DNA of 26,856 nucleotides, from NCBI GenBank assembly GCA_008632985.1, contig QPGO01000262.1:62001-88856 (forward strand). The letters are read 5' to 3'. The position numbers and the translations under genes are program-made. Positions 11,140 to 22,522 of the stretch are shown piece after piece. The number at the start of each line of letters is the position of its first letter. The first letter of the stretch is position 1. The DNA is from Psammoneis japonica (lineage: Eukaryota). Under the pieces are notes generated by a model. The model made no database searches, was not told where the DNA came from, and was given only the letters and a program-made list of their open reading frames with translations.

Positions 11140-13969
11140 TCATTCATCAAGTGGAGTCATTTGACGGACATTGACAGCGTCAACAATGTCTCCACATTGG
11201 CTGCATTGTGACAATTGGCAATGGCTGTTGTTGTTTTGCACAGGCCAACACAGGGCCGCTTCAATTTCCAAATGTCTTTCAAGAGTGTCGTGGTTTGTTT
11301 CACACTCCATGTGTGTGTGCGACACTCCACGCACATGCATGTGCAAATGTGCTGCAGCATTGTGTCGAGCATTCTCTCTGACATTGTTTTGTTCATGTGG
11401 GCACAAGGACCAACTGTCCTGCTGTTCTTTCATGGCATTGATTGTGCATGGCATTTTGCCCAGTGCTTGATGTGTGCTCTCAATTGGCGTTCACTCACTT
11501 GCTTGTGGATTTGGTGCAGTTTGGTGGGCTTGCTTCACATGCCACATTGCTCTGCTGCACTGCCACATTTCTCAAGCAGCAATTGACGATGGTCAAGGAC
11601 ACAACCATTTTGTCTTGACAATCAATCCTGCGATGGTTGTGAACTCCATCATGGATTTTTTGCACTTCAACCATCCATCAGTTGGATTTTAATTGTCACT
11701 TGGATGTTTCTTTTTGACATGCCAGCATCATTTTGTCATTCTGAAGGCACTGCTTTCATGCACCAAGTGGACAAATGTCCATTTTTCTTTTCTTTTTCTG
11801 AATCTTTGGAACATCTCGTGTGTCGACATGACAAGTCATTTGTGTCTTGCCTCGCACATTGTGCAACACAACCGCGCGGGTGTTGTGAGATTGTCTTTTG
11901 CCAGTGTGAAGTGGACACTGTGTGATCGCACACCAATCTGTCACAGAGGTTTTTTCCAACCGTCCTTTGTGCAAAGGCAATTTTGTCCTTGTGACATGAG
12001 CATTTTTTGATCTTGCTTGCCTCCACGAAAAGTGCTCCCATGACATGTCGCGTCTGACAATTTGGAGGGAATGTCTTCATCCCGTTTCAACGGCGGGACA
12101 TTGTCGCAGGATTCAATTTTCTGCAGTGAGTTGGCTGATCGCGTCTGTCGCAGCGACGTTTGCCTTGCCCTCGATGCACATCATTTCGGGGCTAAAGTTT
12201 TCTGTTGTAAGTTGCCAATGCGCGGCTTTGTCCGTTGTGTCTCATGATCCGTGTGTGTGTCAATCTGTTGGCCAAACAGCGTGTTTTGGGATTTTGTGAG
12301 TGTTTTCACTGTGGACAGAAGTTCTTTTTTCCGTTGCAATGCATGACATTGAAATTCGTGCATGACAACAACACAGTTTTTGATTTGACATGCTCCACAT
12401 TTTCGGAGACTTTTTGTTCCGCACTTGTGCTTTTGCCGTTTGACCTTTGTTGAGGTGGATTTGGCTGGCACTGCACAGGAGATCATTGAGGCTGCATGTC
12501 TTGACAGCAGCAATGTTCAACGATGAGATGTCGCAGTGTTCTTTGCGTTTTTCTCAGTGTTGCAATTGCCTGAGTCACCTCCATTTTCATTGCAATCGAT
12601 TGCACATCGTTGCACATGAAAGTCTTGACAGTTTGTTTCAATTTGAGCAGCGAAGGACTTTTGTCATTGACCTTCAAAGCAAATGCTCCAGTCGCATGAT
12701 GCCGTCTCAAGCTTTTCTTGTGCAGGTGACATTTTGAAGTCACTTTTTGTCAGACATGAATGATCACATGTGGTCATTCTGACAACTTCAAACCTGTCAT
12801 GAGTTCACTCATGTGTTGCACAAAAATGTCTGGGGCTCCACAGCTTCTCGCTGGAAGTCCACAGCACTCATTTTCTCCCCACGGCATGATTTTCATGTTG
12901 GCATGACATGTGCTTTTTTAATTTGATGTGACAGTGTCCCACATTCAAATCGAGTGAGGTCACACACATGAAACCTTGCAGTTTCTGAAGTGTGACCTGA
13001 ATGTTTGGTGGAGGACACAACGTGCATGCTGGCCTCTTGTTCAGTTCACAAAAGTTGGGCAGAAACTGAGCTTCGACCATTTTTCTGTTTTTTTAAAGGT
13101 TGGAGCTGTCCATTCAGAGCAGCTCATTTTTCTTTGGGACTTTTAGCTCACAGAGCCTTTCAATCTCTTTGTGAGTTGCCTCCAAGGCTTGTGGAAACAG
13201 GAAACCTTTCGCACGATGTGGTTTCAAGCCAGACTTCGCTGTGAGGTTTTCTGGCCCACTCGCCTGGAGAACCATCAAAAAGAGATTTAAATCTTTTCAA
13301 AGGGAAGATCAATGGCTTCTGCTCTTCTGGAGTCAGACAAGTTGCCGCAGCTGTCACATCATTGAGATTGGAAGTGCGATGATGTGATTCGAGGACCATT
13401 GGCTCCATCATCAACTCCATTCACGGTGTCACATTTTTTGGTGTGATCGGCACTTGGCTGAAAACATTGGCTTCGAAGAGTGGATCAACATTCTTCATGG
13501 ATGCAGTTGCTTCTTCCTCTTTGATTTCTTCAGCTGCATGGTCCAATGTGATTTCAAGACTGGACATCAAGTCGCGTCTCATGATCATGTCATTTGGACT
13601 TGAAGAAGAATGTTTTTTTGTCAACACACGCTGTTTGAATGTCAGCATGTCTTAAATTCACACAGCAAGAGCTGAGCTCGGTGTTTGCCATCAGTCGTGA
13701 AGAGCTCACCCTTGGTTTCCCAAGTTTTTGGTGGCAGATTTCTTCATTCTCACTTCTGCGTGAATTTGTGCAAAATTGTGGACGATGATGTTCTTTGACA
13801 AAAAGAATGGCGTTGAAGCTTGTTTTTTGCTTTCCTCAGAGAAGCGCTCACATGAACAGCAAGAGTGGGACTGGCGCAACACACTGTGATGCTTTTTCTG
13901 GATTGCCAGATGTCCTGCAACGCGTTGTGCTCCTCGAGTGGTGTAAATTTTTGATTGGAGTCAATCAGA
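11140..13969 (-). pseudogene. pol: Gypsy-2 pol remnant (PR, RT, RNase H, IN), heavily frameshifted
   Basis: FLPNFCELNKR..PNIQVTLQKLQGFMCVTSLDLNVGHCHIKL (RT); KELLSTVKTL..LFGQQI (RNase H); GDIVDAVNVRQMTP (integrase tail); DMIMRRDLMSSLEITLD (protease). Confidence 0.85.
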
Positions 13970-14358
13970 GACGCGTTCCAGGTCCAGGTGGGACCTCGCA
14001 CTGCTGAGCTGCGACATCAACAGTTTTTTGAATCTCATCGCATGTCGTGCACGTGGATTTCTACGTGATTTTTTTGATGTTTTGTGTCATTTTACAGCAC
14101 ACTTGTTGAGCAATCTGTCCAAAAACTTTTGACATTTTTTGTCACAGCGCAACTCTAAAATGTCTTGAGAACTGCGTGGGGCAGGCACACTTGCAAAAAC
14201 GTTGAGTGGTGAGAGGCACAATTGTGCCACAAACTTGGCCATTCATTTGATGTTGAAGACAAATGCATCCATTGATTAAATTCTCATGCTGCGGAGCTTG
14301 CATGCAGAATTCTGCAGGCCCAATGTCACACGGAGTCCGCCCAGGGCTGGAACGCATC
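13970..14358 (+). mobile_element. MITE copy C (389 bp) nested in Gypsy-2, TSD CAGA
   Basis: caga|GACGCGTTCCAGG...CTGGAACGCATC|caga. Confidence 0.93.
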
Positions 14359-14362
14359 CAGA

Positions 14363-15491
14363 TCATTTTTTCCAAATTGACAGTTTCGCTCGCTGAGTGT
14401 TTTAGAGCCACAATTTTTGCTCTCATTTCCACGTTCCTTTGCCAAGGAAATCATTTTAACTGTTTTTGTGAACTGCCCAGTCACTGTGGCATGCAACTCC
14501 TCTTTCACAGAGACATTTTTCTGCTGTCATCACGTCGCGTGCAATTGCTGTTAGAGAGTCATGTTTTTGGGTTTCTCTCAGAGCAACCCTTGCACTCTTT
14601 TGCTGCTTCATTTTCAGAACAGCTTCAACCCATGATGCAGGTGTTCTTTTTTCAAAGATTGGACCTCTGGCTCACTTTGGATTGTTCAGGTGCCATGTGG
14701 GAGACCATTTTTAGAACCAAACTTGGAGCCATTTTGGTTTTGAAATTGGCTTTGCTGTCAGCGCCTGATTTGACATGTTTTTTCATCATGGACATCTTCA
14801 ATGACCTTCAGATGACTCAAAACTTAATCAGCACATCAAGGATGAGTTCCAATGGTTGGTTGTTTTGGACAGCAGACTGATGCTGCCACCCTTGTGGTGC
14901 GAGTGACAGCTGATGTCTCAGCACTCGGTTTCCCACTGAGCTCGACTTAGAATCGATTGAAGGGTCGCGTGGATGCTCTTCATTGACCTCTTGGGTCCAA
15001 TGGGCACTCTCTTGCTGCTGAGAGCCTTTGGTTTCTTCAGATCATCTCAAAAACAATGGCTCTGATTCTGAAGTTTAACTTCTCGGAAGACATGAGTCAA
15101 GAGACTCTTGAGGCACTTTTCAGCGGTTTCTTCTTGGTCTTCAGACTCAAGGCTTGTTGACTTGGTCTCTAAAAACTCTCCAACAGTCTCTCCTTGCACA
15201 GCAGATGCATTTCTTTGACCTGGTTGACTCGCGACCTGAAATTCATCGAGTCATGACTTGGTGCAGACATTTCGACAATGCTGTGCACTTGCAGAGTCCT
15301 TGGTCCTGAGGTGCTTGAAATGGATCACATTGGAATGAATCCTCTTGTCTCACAGACAAAAAACAGGGTCCCATCTTGAGGTGCTGCTCAGATTGAGCTG
15401 CCTCCACTCGGAAATCAATTCCAGCAGAACCAGCACATTTCACACCTGCTCATGGAAGAGTTTGCAAAGGCACATCAGCCAAAACTTTCAT
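14363..15491 (-). pseudogene. gag: Gypsy-2 gag remnant
   Basis: ATG at 15491 (MKVLADV) in the same position as the Gypsy-1 gag start. KEELHA..SKNCGSKTLSERNCQF parallels Gypsy-1 KEELNA..SKDCGSDTLDEENCQF. Confidence 0.65.
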
Positions 15492-15528
15492 TTTCCGTGT
15501 TTTTGCCTTTTGTGGTGTGTGCACACAA

Positions 15529-15894
15529 TGCACTGTGCTCAAAGAATGAGCACAAACGAAAGTGGAACAAAGTGCAAAAAGTGAAAATGTGAGATCAAAT
15601 TTTGCTCTGTGCTTTTTGGTTTCTCCAAATGAGCTCTCAATGGCCCAAAGCTTCTGCACTCCTTCTGCAGACAAAAGGCCTTTTGGAGAACATGTCCATT
15701 GCAACAGATTGTCTGAGTGCGATTGCTGTTGACACGCAAGATGTCAAAATCGTCAATCGACTGCGTTTGCAATTTTCGACTTCCGATCAACTCTGTGTGA
15801 TCATTCTGTCCTTTGCGCGCATCCACGACTGTGGAGTGATTGGCGCACAAACAACACATGATTGCAGACATGCACACAACAGTCGCGCGCTGCA
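15529..15894 (-). repeat. 5' LTR of Gypsy-2
   Basis: tgcactgtgctcaaagaatgag...gctgca followed by cccc. Confidence 0.88.
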
Positions 15895-15997
15895 CCCCAA
15901 CCCCAGCCGAGCACATTTTGTGACAACTGCAGCATGGTGAAGAATGTCAGCATTCCAGAATCTGTGCTGCATGAGAAGCACAGCGCGGTCAATTGTT

Positions 15998-16318
15998 GAT
16001 GCGCTCCAGCCCCAGGCGGGACTCCGTGTGACATTGGGCCCGCAGAATTCTGCATGCGAGCTCCGCAGTGCAAGAATTTAATTGATGGACACATTTGTCT
16101 TCAACATCAAATGAATGGCCAAGTTTGTGTTGCAATTGTGCCTCTTGACACTCCACGTTTTTGCAAGTGCGCCTGCCCTGCACGATTCTTAAGACATTGT
16201 AGAATTGCGCTGTGACAAAAAATGTCAAAAGTTGTTGGACGGATCGCTCAATGAGTGCACCACAAAATGACACAAATGTCAAAAAAATCACGCAGAAATC
16301 TACGTGCGCGACATGTGA
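15998..16318 (-). mobile_element. MITE copy D, truncated (one terminus only)
   Basis: Starts GATGCGCTCCAGCCCCAGG, colinear with copy B until ~16318, and lacks the last ~70 bp. Confidence 0.88.
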
Positions 16319-16416
16319 GAGAAGCATCTGCAGCTGGAATTTGGCGGGCTTGTTGATGAAGCTCATGGAAGGTGCAAAGCATTGGCAGTTGTGCTCATTT
16401 TCATTTTGGTGATCGC

Positions 16417-16806
16417 GATGCATTCCAGGTCTGGGTGGGACCTCGCACTGCTGAACTGTGACATCGACAGTTTTTTGAATCACGTCGCATGTCGTGCACG
16501 TGGATTTTCACATGATTTTTTTGACATTTTGTGTCATTTTATGGTGCACTTGTTGAGCGATCCGTCCAACAACTTTTGACATTTTTTGTCACAGCGCGAT
16601 TCTTTGATGTCTTAAGAATCACGCAGGGCAGGTGCATTTGCAAAAACGTCGAGAGGCAAGAGGCACAATTGCGCCACAAACTTGGCCGTTCATTTGATGT
16701 TGAAGACAAACACATCCATCAATTAAATTCTTGCACTGCAGAGCTCGCACGCAGAATTCTGCGGGCCCAATGTCACACGGAGTCCCGCCTGGGGCTGGAG
16801 CGCATC
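16417..16806 (+). mobile_element. MITE copy E (390 bp), TSD TCGC
   Basis: tcgc|GATGCATTCCAGG...CTGGAGCGCATC|tcgc. Confidence 0.93.
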
Positions 16807-17752
16807 TCGCCAAGGTTCAGGGCCTGTGAACCTCCCAAGCCAGATGAGCTGGCTGCAAAGTTGGGTTTGTGTTTCACCTCTCTGTGAGAGGATGTTTCGA
16901 GTGTGTGAGCCAAGGGTGCAAAACAAAGGGTGCAAAATGGAAAAGGGCACAAAATCACAAAGGGTGCAAAATCACAAAGGGCGCAAAATGGCCAAGGGCG
17001 CAAAATCACAAAGGGCTCAAAGGGCGCAAAGGGTGCAAAATCACAAAGGGCGCAAAATGGACAAGGGCGCAAAATCACAAAGGGCACAAAATGGCCAAGG
17101 GCACAAAATCACAAAGGGTGCAAGACAGCCAAGGGCTCAAAATCACAAAGGGCACAAAATGGAGGCAAAGGGTGCAAAGTCACAAAGGGCACAAAATGGC
17201 CAAGGGCGCAAAATCACAAAGGGCTCAAAATCACAAAGGGTGCAAAGGGCGCAAAACCACAAAGGGTGCAAAATCACAAAGGGCGCAAAATCACAAAGGG
17301 CACAAAATGGCGGCAAAGGGCACAAAATCACAAAGGGCGCAAAATGACCAAGGGAGCAAGACAGCCAAGGGCTCAAAATTGCAAAGGGCGCAAAATGGTG
17401 GCAAAGGGTGCAAAACCACAAAGGGCGCAAAATGGCCAAGGGTGCAAAATCACAAAGGGCTCAAAATCACAAAGGGTGCAAAATCACAAAGGGCGCAAAA
17501 TGGACAAGGGTGCAAAATCACCAAGGGTGCAAGACAGCCAAGGGCTCAAAATCACAAAGGGTGCAAAATGGCGGCAAAGGGTGCAAAAACAAAAAGGGCG
17601 CAAAACAGCCAGGGCACAAAATCACAAAGGGTGCAAAATCAGAAAGGGCGCAAAATGGCCGAGGGCGCCAAATCACAAATGGCGCTAAATCACAAAGGGC
17701 ACAAAATGGCGTCAAAGGGTGCAAAATCACAAAGGGCACAAAATGGCCAAGG

Positions 17753-18542
17753 GATGTGCTCCAGCCCCAGGCGGGACTCCATGTGACATTTGGCCCGTGG
17801 AACTCCACGTGTGAGCTCCGCAGTGCAAGAACTCAATTGATGGATGTGCTCATCTTCAAGATCAAATGAGCGGCCAAATTTGTGGTGCAATTGTGCCTCG
17901 CGCCACTCAACTTTTTTGCAAATGTGCCTGCCCTGCGCGATTCTTGAGACATCACAGAATCGCGCTGCAACAAAGATGGGTTCCAGTCCCAGGTGGGACT
18001 TTTTGTGACATTGGGCCCGCAGAATTCTGCGTGCGAGCTCCACAGCAAAATTGTCAAGCAATGCATGTGTGAATGATCGCCAACAGAAAAAGAGGCAATT
18101 TTGCGAACACATCTCCTCCTCCACACTTGAAGTGCATTCTTTGCAGCATGCCCGGGCATGTTCTCCAGACATTGAAGAACACACCCAGCACATTTTTGTT
18201 GACATGAGCACAGACAACAGCAAGCCTTTGGCTTCGCAAAACAGGCAGTGTGGAACAATTTTTTGTGACAGAACACGCAGAAATGTGCGCGCGAAACATG
18301 CGACGGATGACAAAAAACAATTGTGCCACAGCTCAGCAGTGCAAGGTCCCAAATGGAGCTGGAACACGTCCAAAAAATGTCAAAAGTTGTCACGCGGATC
18401 GCTCAACAAGTGCGCCATGAGATGACACAAAATGTCACAAAAATCACGCAGAAATCTGCGTGCGCGACATGCGACGCAATTCAAAAAACTGTCAATGTCG
18501 CAGCTCATCAGCACGAGGTCCCACCCAGACCTGGAACGCACC
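17753..18542 (-). mobile_element. MITE copy F, TSD AAGG, split by a nested related MITE
   Basis: aagg|GATGTGCTCCAGCC...CTGGAACGCACC|aagg. Removal restores the satellite unit atggccaagggcgcaaaa. Confidence 0.9.
17975..18370 (-). mobile_element. Second MITE subfamily (396 bp) nested in copy F, TSD CAAA
   Basis: caaa|GATGGGTTCCAGTCCC...GCTGGAACACGTC|caaa. The ends are related to the main family but the interior differs. Confidence 0.88.
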
Positions 18543-19008
18543 AAGGGCGCAAAATCACAAAGGATGCAAAATGGTGGCAAAGGGTGCAAAATCACAAGTG
18601 GTGCAAAATGGCCAAGGGCGCAAAATCACAAAGGGCTCAAAATCACTTTTGCGCCCTTTGCCGCCATTTTCCGCCCTTTGTGATTTTGTGCCCTTGGCCA
18701 TTTTGCACCCTTTGTGATTTTGCGCACTTTGCCACCATTTTGCGCCCTTTGTGATTTTGTGCCCTTTGCCGCCATTTTGCACCCTTTGTGGTTTTGCACC
18801 CTTGGCCATTTTGTGCCCTTTGTGATTTTGAGCCCTTTGCCGCCATTTTCCGCCCTTTGTGATTTTGCACCCTTGGCCATTTTGCACCCTTTGTGATTTT
18901 GCACCCTTTGCCGCCATTTTGCGCCCTTTGTGATTTTGCACCCTTGGCCATTTTGCACCCTTTGTGCTTTTGCACCCTTTGCCGCCATTTTGCACCCTTT
19001 GTGATTTT

Positions 19009-19396
19009 GACGTGTTCCAGGTCTGGGTGGGACCTCGCACTGCTGAACTGTGACATCGACAGTTTTTTGAATCATGTCGCATGTCGCGCACATGGATTTC
19101 TGCGTGATTTTTCGATGTTTTGTGTCATTTTACGGTGCACTTGTTGAGCGATCCGTCCAACAACTTTTGACATTTTTTGTTGCAGCGCGATTCTACAATG
19201 TCTTAAGAATCGCGTGGGCAGGCGCATTTGCAAAAACGTCGAGTGGCAAGAGGCACAATTGTGCCACAAACTTGGCCGTTTGTTTGATGTTGAAGACAAA
19301 TGTGTCCATCAATTAAATTCTCGCACTGCGGAGCTCGCACGTAGAATTCTGCGGGCCCAATGTCACACGGAGTCCCACCCAGGGCTGGAACGCGTC
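19009..19396 (+). mobile_element. MITE copy G (388 bp), TSD TTTT
   Basis: tttt|GACGTGTTCCAGG...CTGGAACGCGTC|tttt. Confidence 0.92.
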
Positions 19397-22132
19397 TTTT
19401 GCACCCTTTGCTGCCATTTTGCGCCCTTTGTGATTTTGCGCCCTTGGCCATTTTGCTCCCTTTGTGGTTTTGCACCCTTTGCGACTTTGCGCCCTTGGCC
19501 ATTTTTCACCCTTTGTGACTTTGCACCCTTTGCTGCCATTTTGCGCCCTTTGTGATTTTGCGCCCTTGGCCATTTTGCACCCTTTGTGATTTTGAGCCCT
19601 TTGCGACTTTGCACCCTTGGCCATTTTGCACCCTTTGTGATTTTGCACCCTTTGCCACCATGTCGCACCCTTTGCCGCCATTTTGTGCCCTTTGCAATTT
19701 TGCACCCTTTGTGATTTTACACCCTTTGTGATTTTGCACCCTTGGCCATTTTGTGCCCTTTGTGATTTTGAGCCCTTTGCAACTTTGCGCCCTTGGCCAT
19801 TTTGCACCCTTGGCCATTTTGCGCCCTTTGTGACTTTGCACCCTTTGCCGCCATTTTGCACCCTTTGTGACCTTGCACCCTTTGCTGCCATTTTGCACCC
19901 TTTGTGATTTTGCGCCCTTGGCCATTTTGCTCCCTTTGTGGTTTTGCACCCTTTGCAACTTTGCTCCCTTGGCCATTTTTCACCCTTTGTGATTTTGCAC
20001 CCTTTGCTGCCATTTTGCGCCCTTTGTGATTTTGCGCCCTTGGCCATTTTGCGCCCTTTGTGATTTTGCACCCTTTGCCGCCATTTTGGGCCCTTTGTGA
20101 TTTTGCACCCTTGGCCAATTTGCGCCCTTTGTGATTTGCACCCTTCACCGCCATTTTGCACCCTTTGTGATTTTGCACCCTTTGCTGCCATTTTGCACCC
20201 TTTGTGATTTTGCGCCCTTGGCCATTTTGCTCCCTTTGTGATTTTGCACCCTTTGCGATTTTGCACCCTTTGCGACTTTGCGCCCTTTGTGATTTTGCAC
20301 CCTTTGCTGCCATTTTGCACCCTTTGTGATTTTGCACCCTTTGTGATTTTGTGCCCTTGGCCATTTTGTGCCCTTTGTGATTTTGCACCCTTTGCCACCA
20401 TTTTGGGCCCTTTGTGATTTTGCACCCTTTGCGATTTGCGCCCTTGGCCATTTTGCGCCCTTTGTGATTTTGCGCCCTTTGTGATTTTGTGCCCTTGGCC
20501 ATTTTGCACCCTTTGTGATTTTGAGCCCTTTGTGACTTTGCACCCTTGGCCATTTTGCACCCTTTGTGATTTTGCACCCTTTGCCACCATGTCGCACCCT
20601 TTGTGATTTTGTGCCCTTTGCTGCCATTTTGCACCCTTTGTGATTTTGCGCCCTTGGCCATTTTGCGCCCTTTGTGATTTTGAGCCCTTTGCGACTTTGC
20701 ACCCTTGGCCATTTTGCACCCTTTGTGATTTTGCACCCTTTGCCGCCATGTCGCACCCTTTGTGATTTTGTGCCCTTTGCTGCCATTTTGCACCCTTTGT
20801 GATTTTGCACCCTTTGTGATTTTGCGCCCTTGGCCATTTTGCGCCCTTTGTGATTTTGAGCCCTTTGCAACTTTGCGCCCTTGGCCATTTTGCACCCTTG
20901 GCCATTTTGCGCCCTTTGTGATTTTGCACCCTTTGCCGCCATTTTGCGCCCTTTGTGATTTTGCACCCTTTGCTGCCATTTTGTGCCCTTTGTGATTTTG
21001 CGCCCTTTGTGATTTTGCACCCTTGGCCATTTTGCTCCCCCTGTGATTTTGCACCCTTTGCGATTTTTCACCCTTTGTGATTTTGCACCCTTTGCTGCCA
21101 TTTTGCGCCCTCGGTGATTTTGTGCCCTTGGCCATTTTGCGCCCTTTGTGATTTTGCACCCTTTGCCGCCATTTTCCGCCCTTTGTGATTTTGCACCCTT
21201 TGTGATTTTGCACCCTTGGCCACTTTGCAACCTTTGTGATTTTGCACCCTTTGCGATTTTGCGCCCTTTGTGATTTTGGACCCTTTGCCACCATTTTCCG
21301 CCCTTTGTGATTTTGCACCCTTTGCTGCCATTTTGCTCCCTTTGTGATTTTGCGCCCTTTGTGATTTTGTGCCCTTGGCCATTTTGCGCCCTTTGTGATT
21401 TTGCACCCTTTGCCGCCATTTTGCGCCCTTTGTGATTTTGCTCCCTTTGCCACCATTTTGCGCCCTTTGTGATTTTGCACCCTTTGCCGCCATTTTGTGC
21501 CCTTTGCAATTTTGTGCCCTTTGTGATTTTGCACCCTTGGCCATTTTGCGCCCTTGGCCAATTTGCGCCCTTTGTGATTTTGCACCCTTTGCCGCCATTT
21601 TGCACCCTTTGTGATTTTGCACCCTTTGCTGCCATTTTGCACCCTTTGTGATTTTGCACCCTTTGCTGCCATTTTGTGCCCTTTGCAATTTTGCGCCCTT
21701 TGTGATTTTGCACCCTTGGCCATGGTGCAAAATGGCCAAGGGCGCAAAATCACAAAGGGCTCAAAATCACTTTTGCGCCCTTTGCCGCCATTTTCCGCCC
21801 TTTGTGATTTTGTGCCCTTGGCCATTTTGCACCCTTTGTGATTTTGCGCACTTTGCCACCATTTTGCGCCCTTTGTGATTTTGTGCCCTTTGCCGCCATT
21901 TTGCACCCTTTGTGGTTTTGCACCCTTGGCCATTTTGTGCCCTTTGTGATTTTGAGCCCTTTGCCGCCATTTTCCGCCCTTTGTGATTTTGCACCCTTGG
22001 CCATTTTGCACCCTTTGTGATTTTGCACCCTTTGCCGCCATTTTGCGCCCTTTGTGATTTTGCACCCTTGGCCATTTTGCACCCTTTGTGCTTTTGCACC
22101 CTTTGCCGCCATTTTGCACCCTTTGTGATTTT

Positions 22133-22522
22133 GACGTGTTCCAGGTCTGGGTGGGACCTCGCACTGCTGAACTGTGACATCGACAGTTTTTTGAATCATG
22201 TCGCATGTCGCGCACATGGATTTCTGCGTGATTTTTTCGATGTTTTGTGTCATTTTACGGTGCACTTGTTGAGCGATCCGTCCAACAACTTTTGACATTT
22301 TTTGTTGCAGCGCGATTCTACAATGTCTTGAGAATCGCGTGGGGCAGGCGCATTTGCAAAAACGTCGAGTGGCAAGAGGCACAATTGTGCCACAAACTTG
22401 GCCGTTTGTTTGATGTTGAAGACAAATGTGTCCATCAATTAAATTCTCGCACTGCGGAGCTCGCACGTAGAATTCTGCGGGCCCAATGTCACACGGAGTC
22501 CCACCCAGGGCTGGAACGCGTC
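22133..22522 (+). mobile_element. MITE copy H (390 bp), TSD TTTT; duplicate of G
   Basis: Same flanks and nearly the same sequence as G, offset ~3125 bp. Confidence 0.9.

Larger units (their letters stand above)
10759..15894 (-). mobile_element. Decayed full-length Ty3/Gypsy LTR retrotransposon (Gypsy-2), related to Gypsy-1
   Basis: Paired LTRs with TG...CA ends, CCCC on both flanks, a PPT, and gag/pol remnants. It contains MITE C. Confidence 0.93.
16908..18646 (+). repeat. Satellite, forward block of 17- and 20-bp monomers, interrupted by MITE F
   Basis: Mixed gcaaaatcacaaagggt (17), gcaaaatggccaagggc (17) and gcaaaatggcggcaaagggt (20) units. Confidence 0.95.

Noticed and set aside
975..15894. 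Classical RIP or CpG deamination alone as the cause of the composition
   Set aside because: These C->T processes cannot turn Tyr codons into Cys/His, and RIP raises TpA. CpG decay probably contributes, but only in part.
1..16900. Many short Cys/His-rich ORFs as metal-binding proteins
   Set aside because: TpA loss removes TAA/TAG stops and inflates TGY/CAY codons in every frame.
7395..22522. MITE as Tc1/mariner type inserted at GATATC with a TA duplication
   Set aside because: Exact 4-bp duplications lie outside GA...TC, and their removal restores the host sequence. GA and TC therefore belong to the element.
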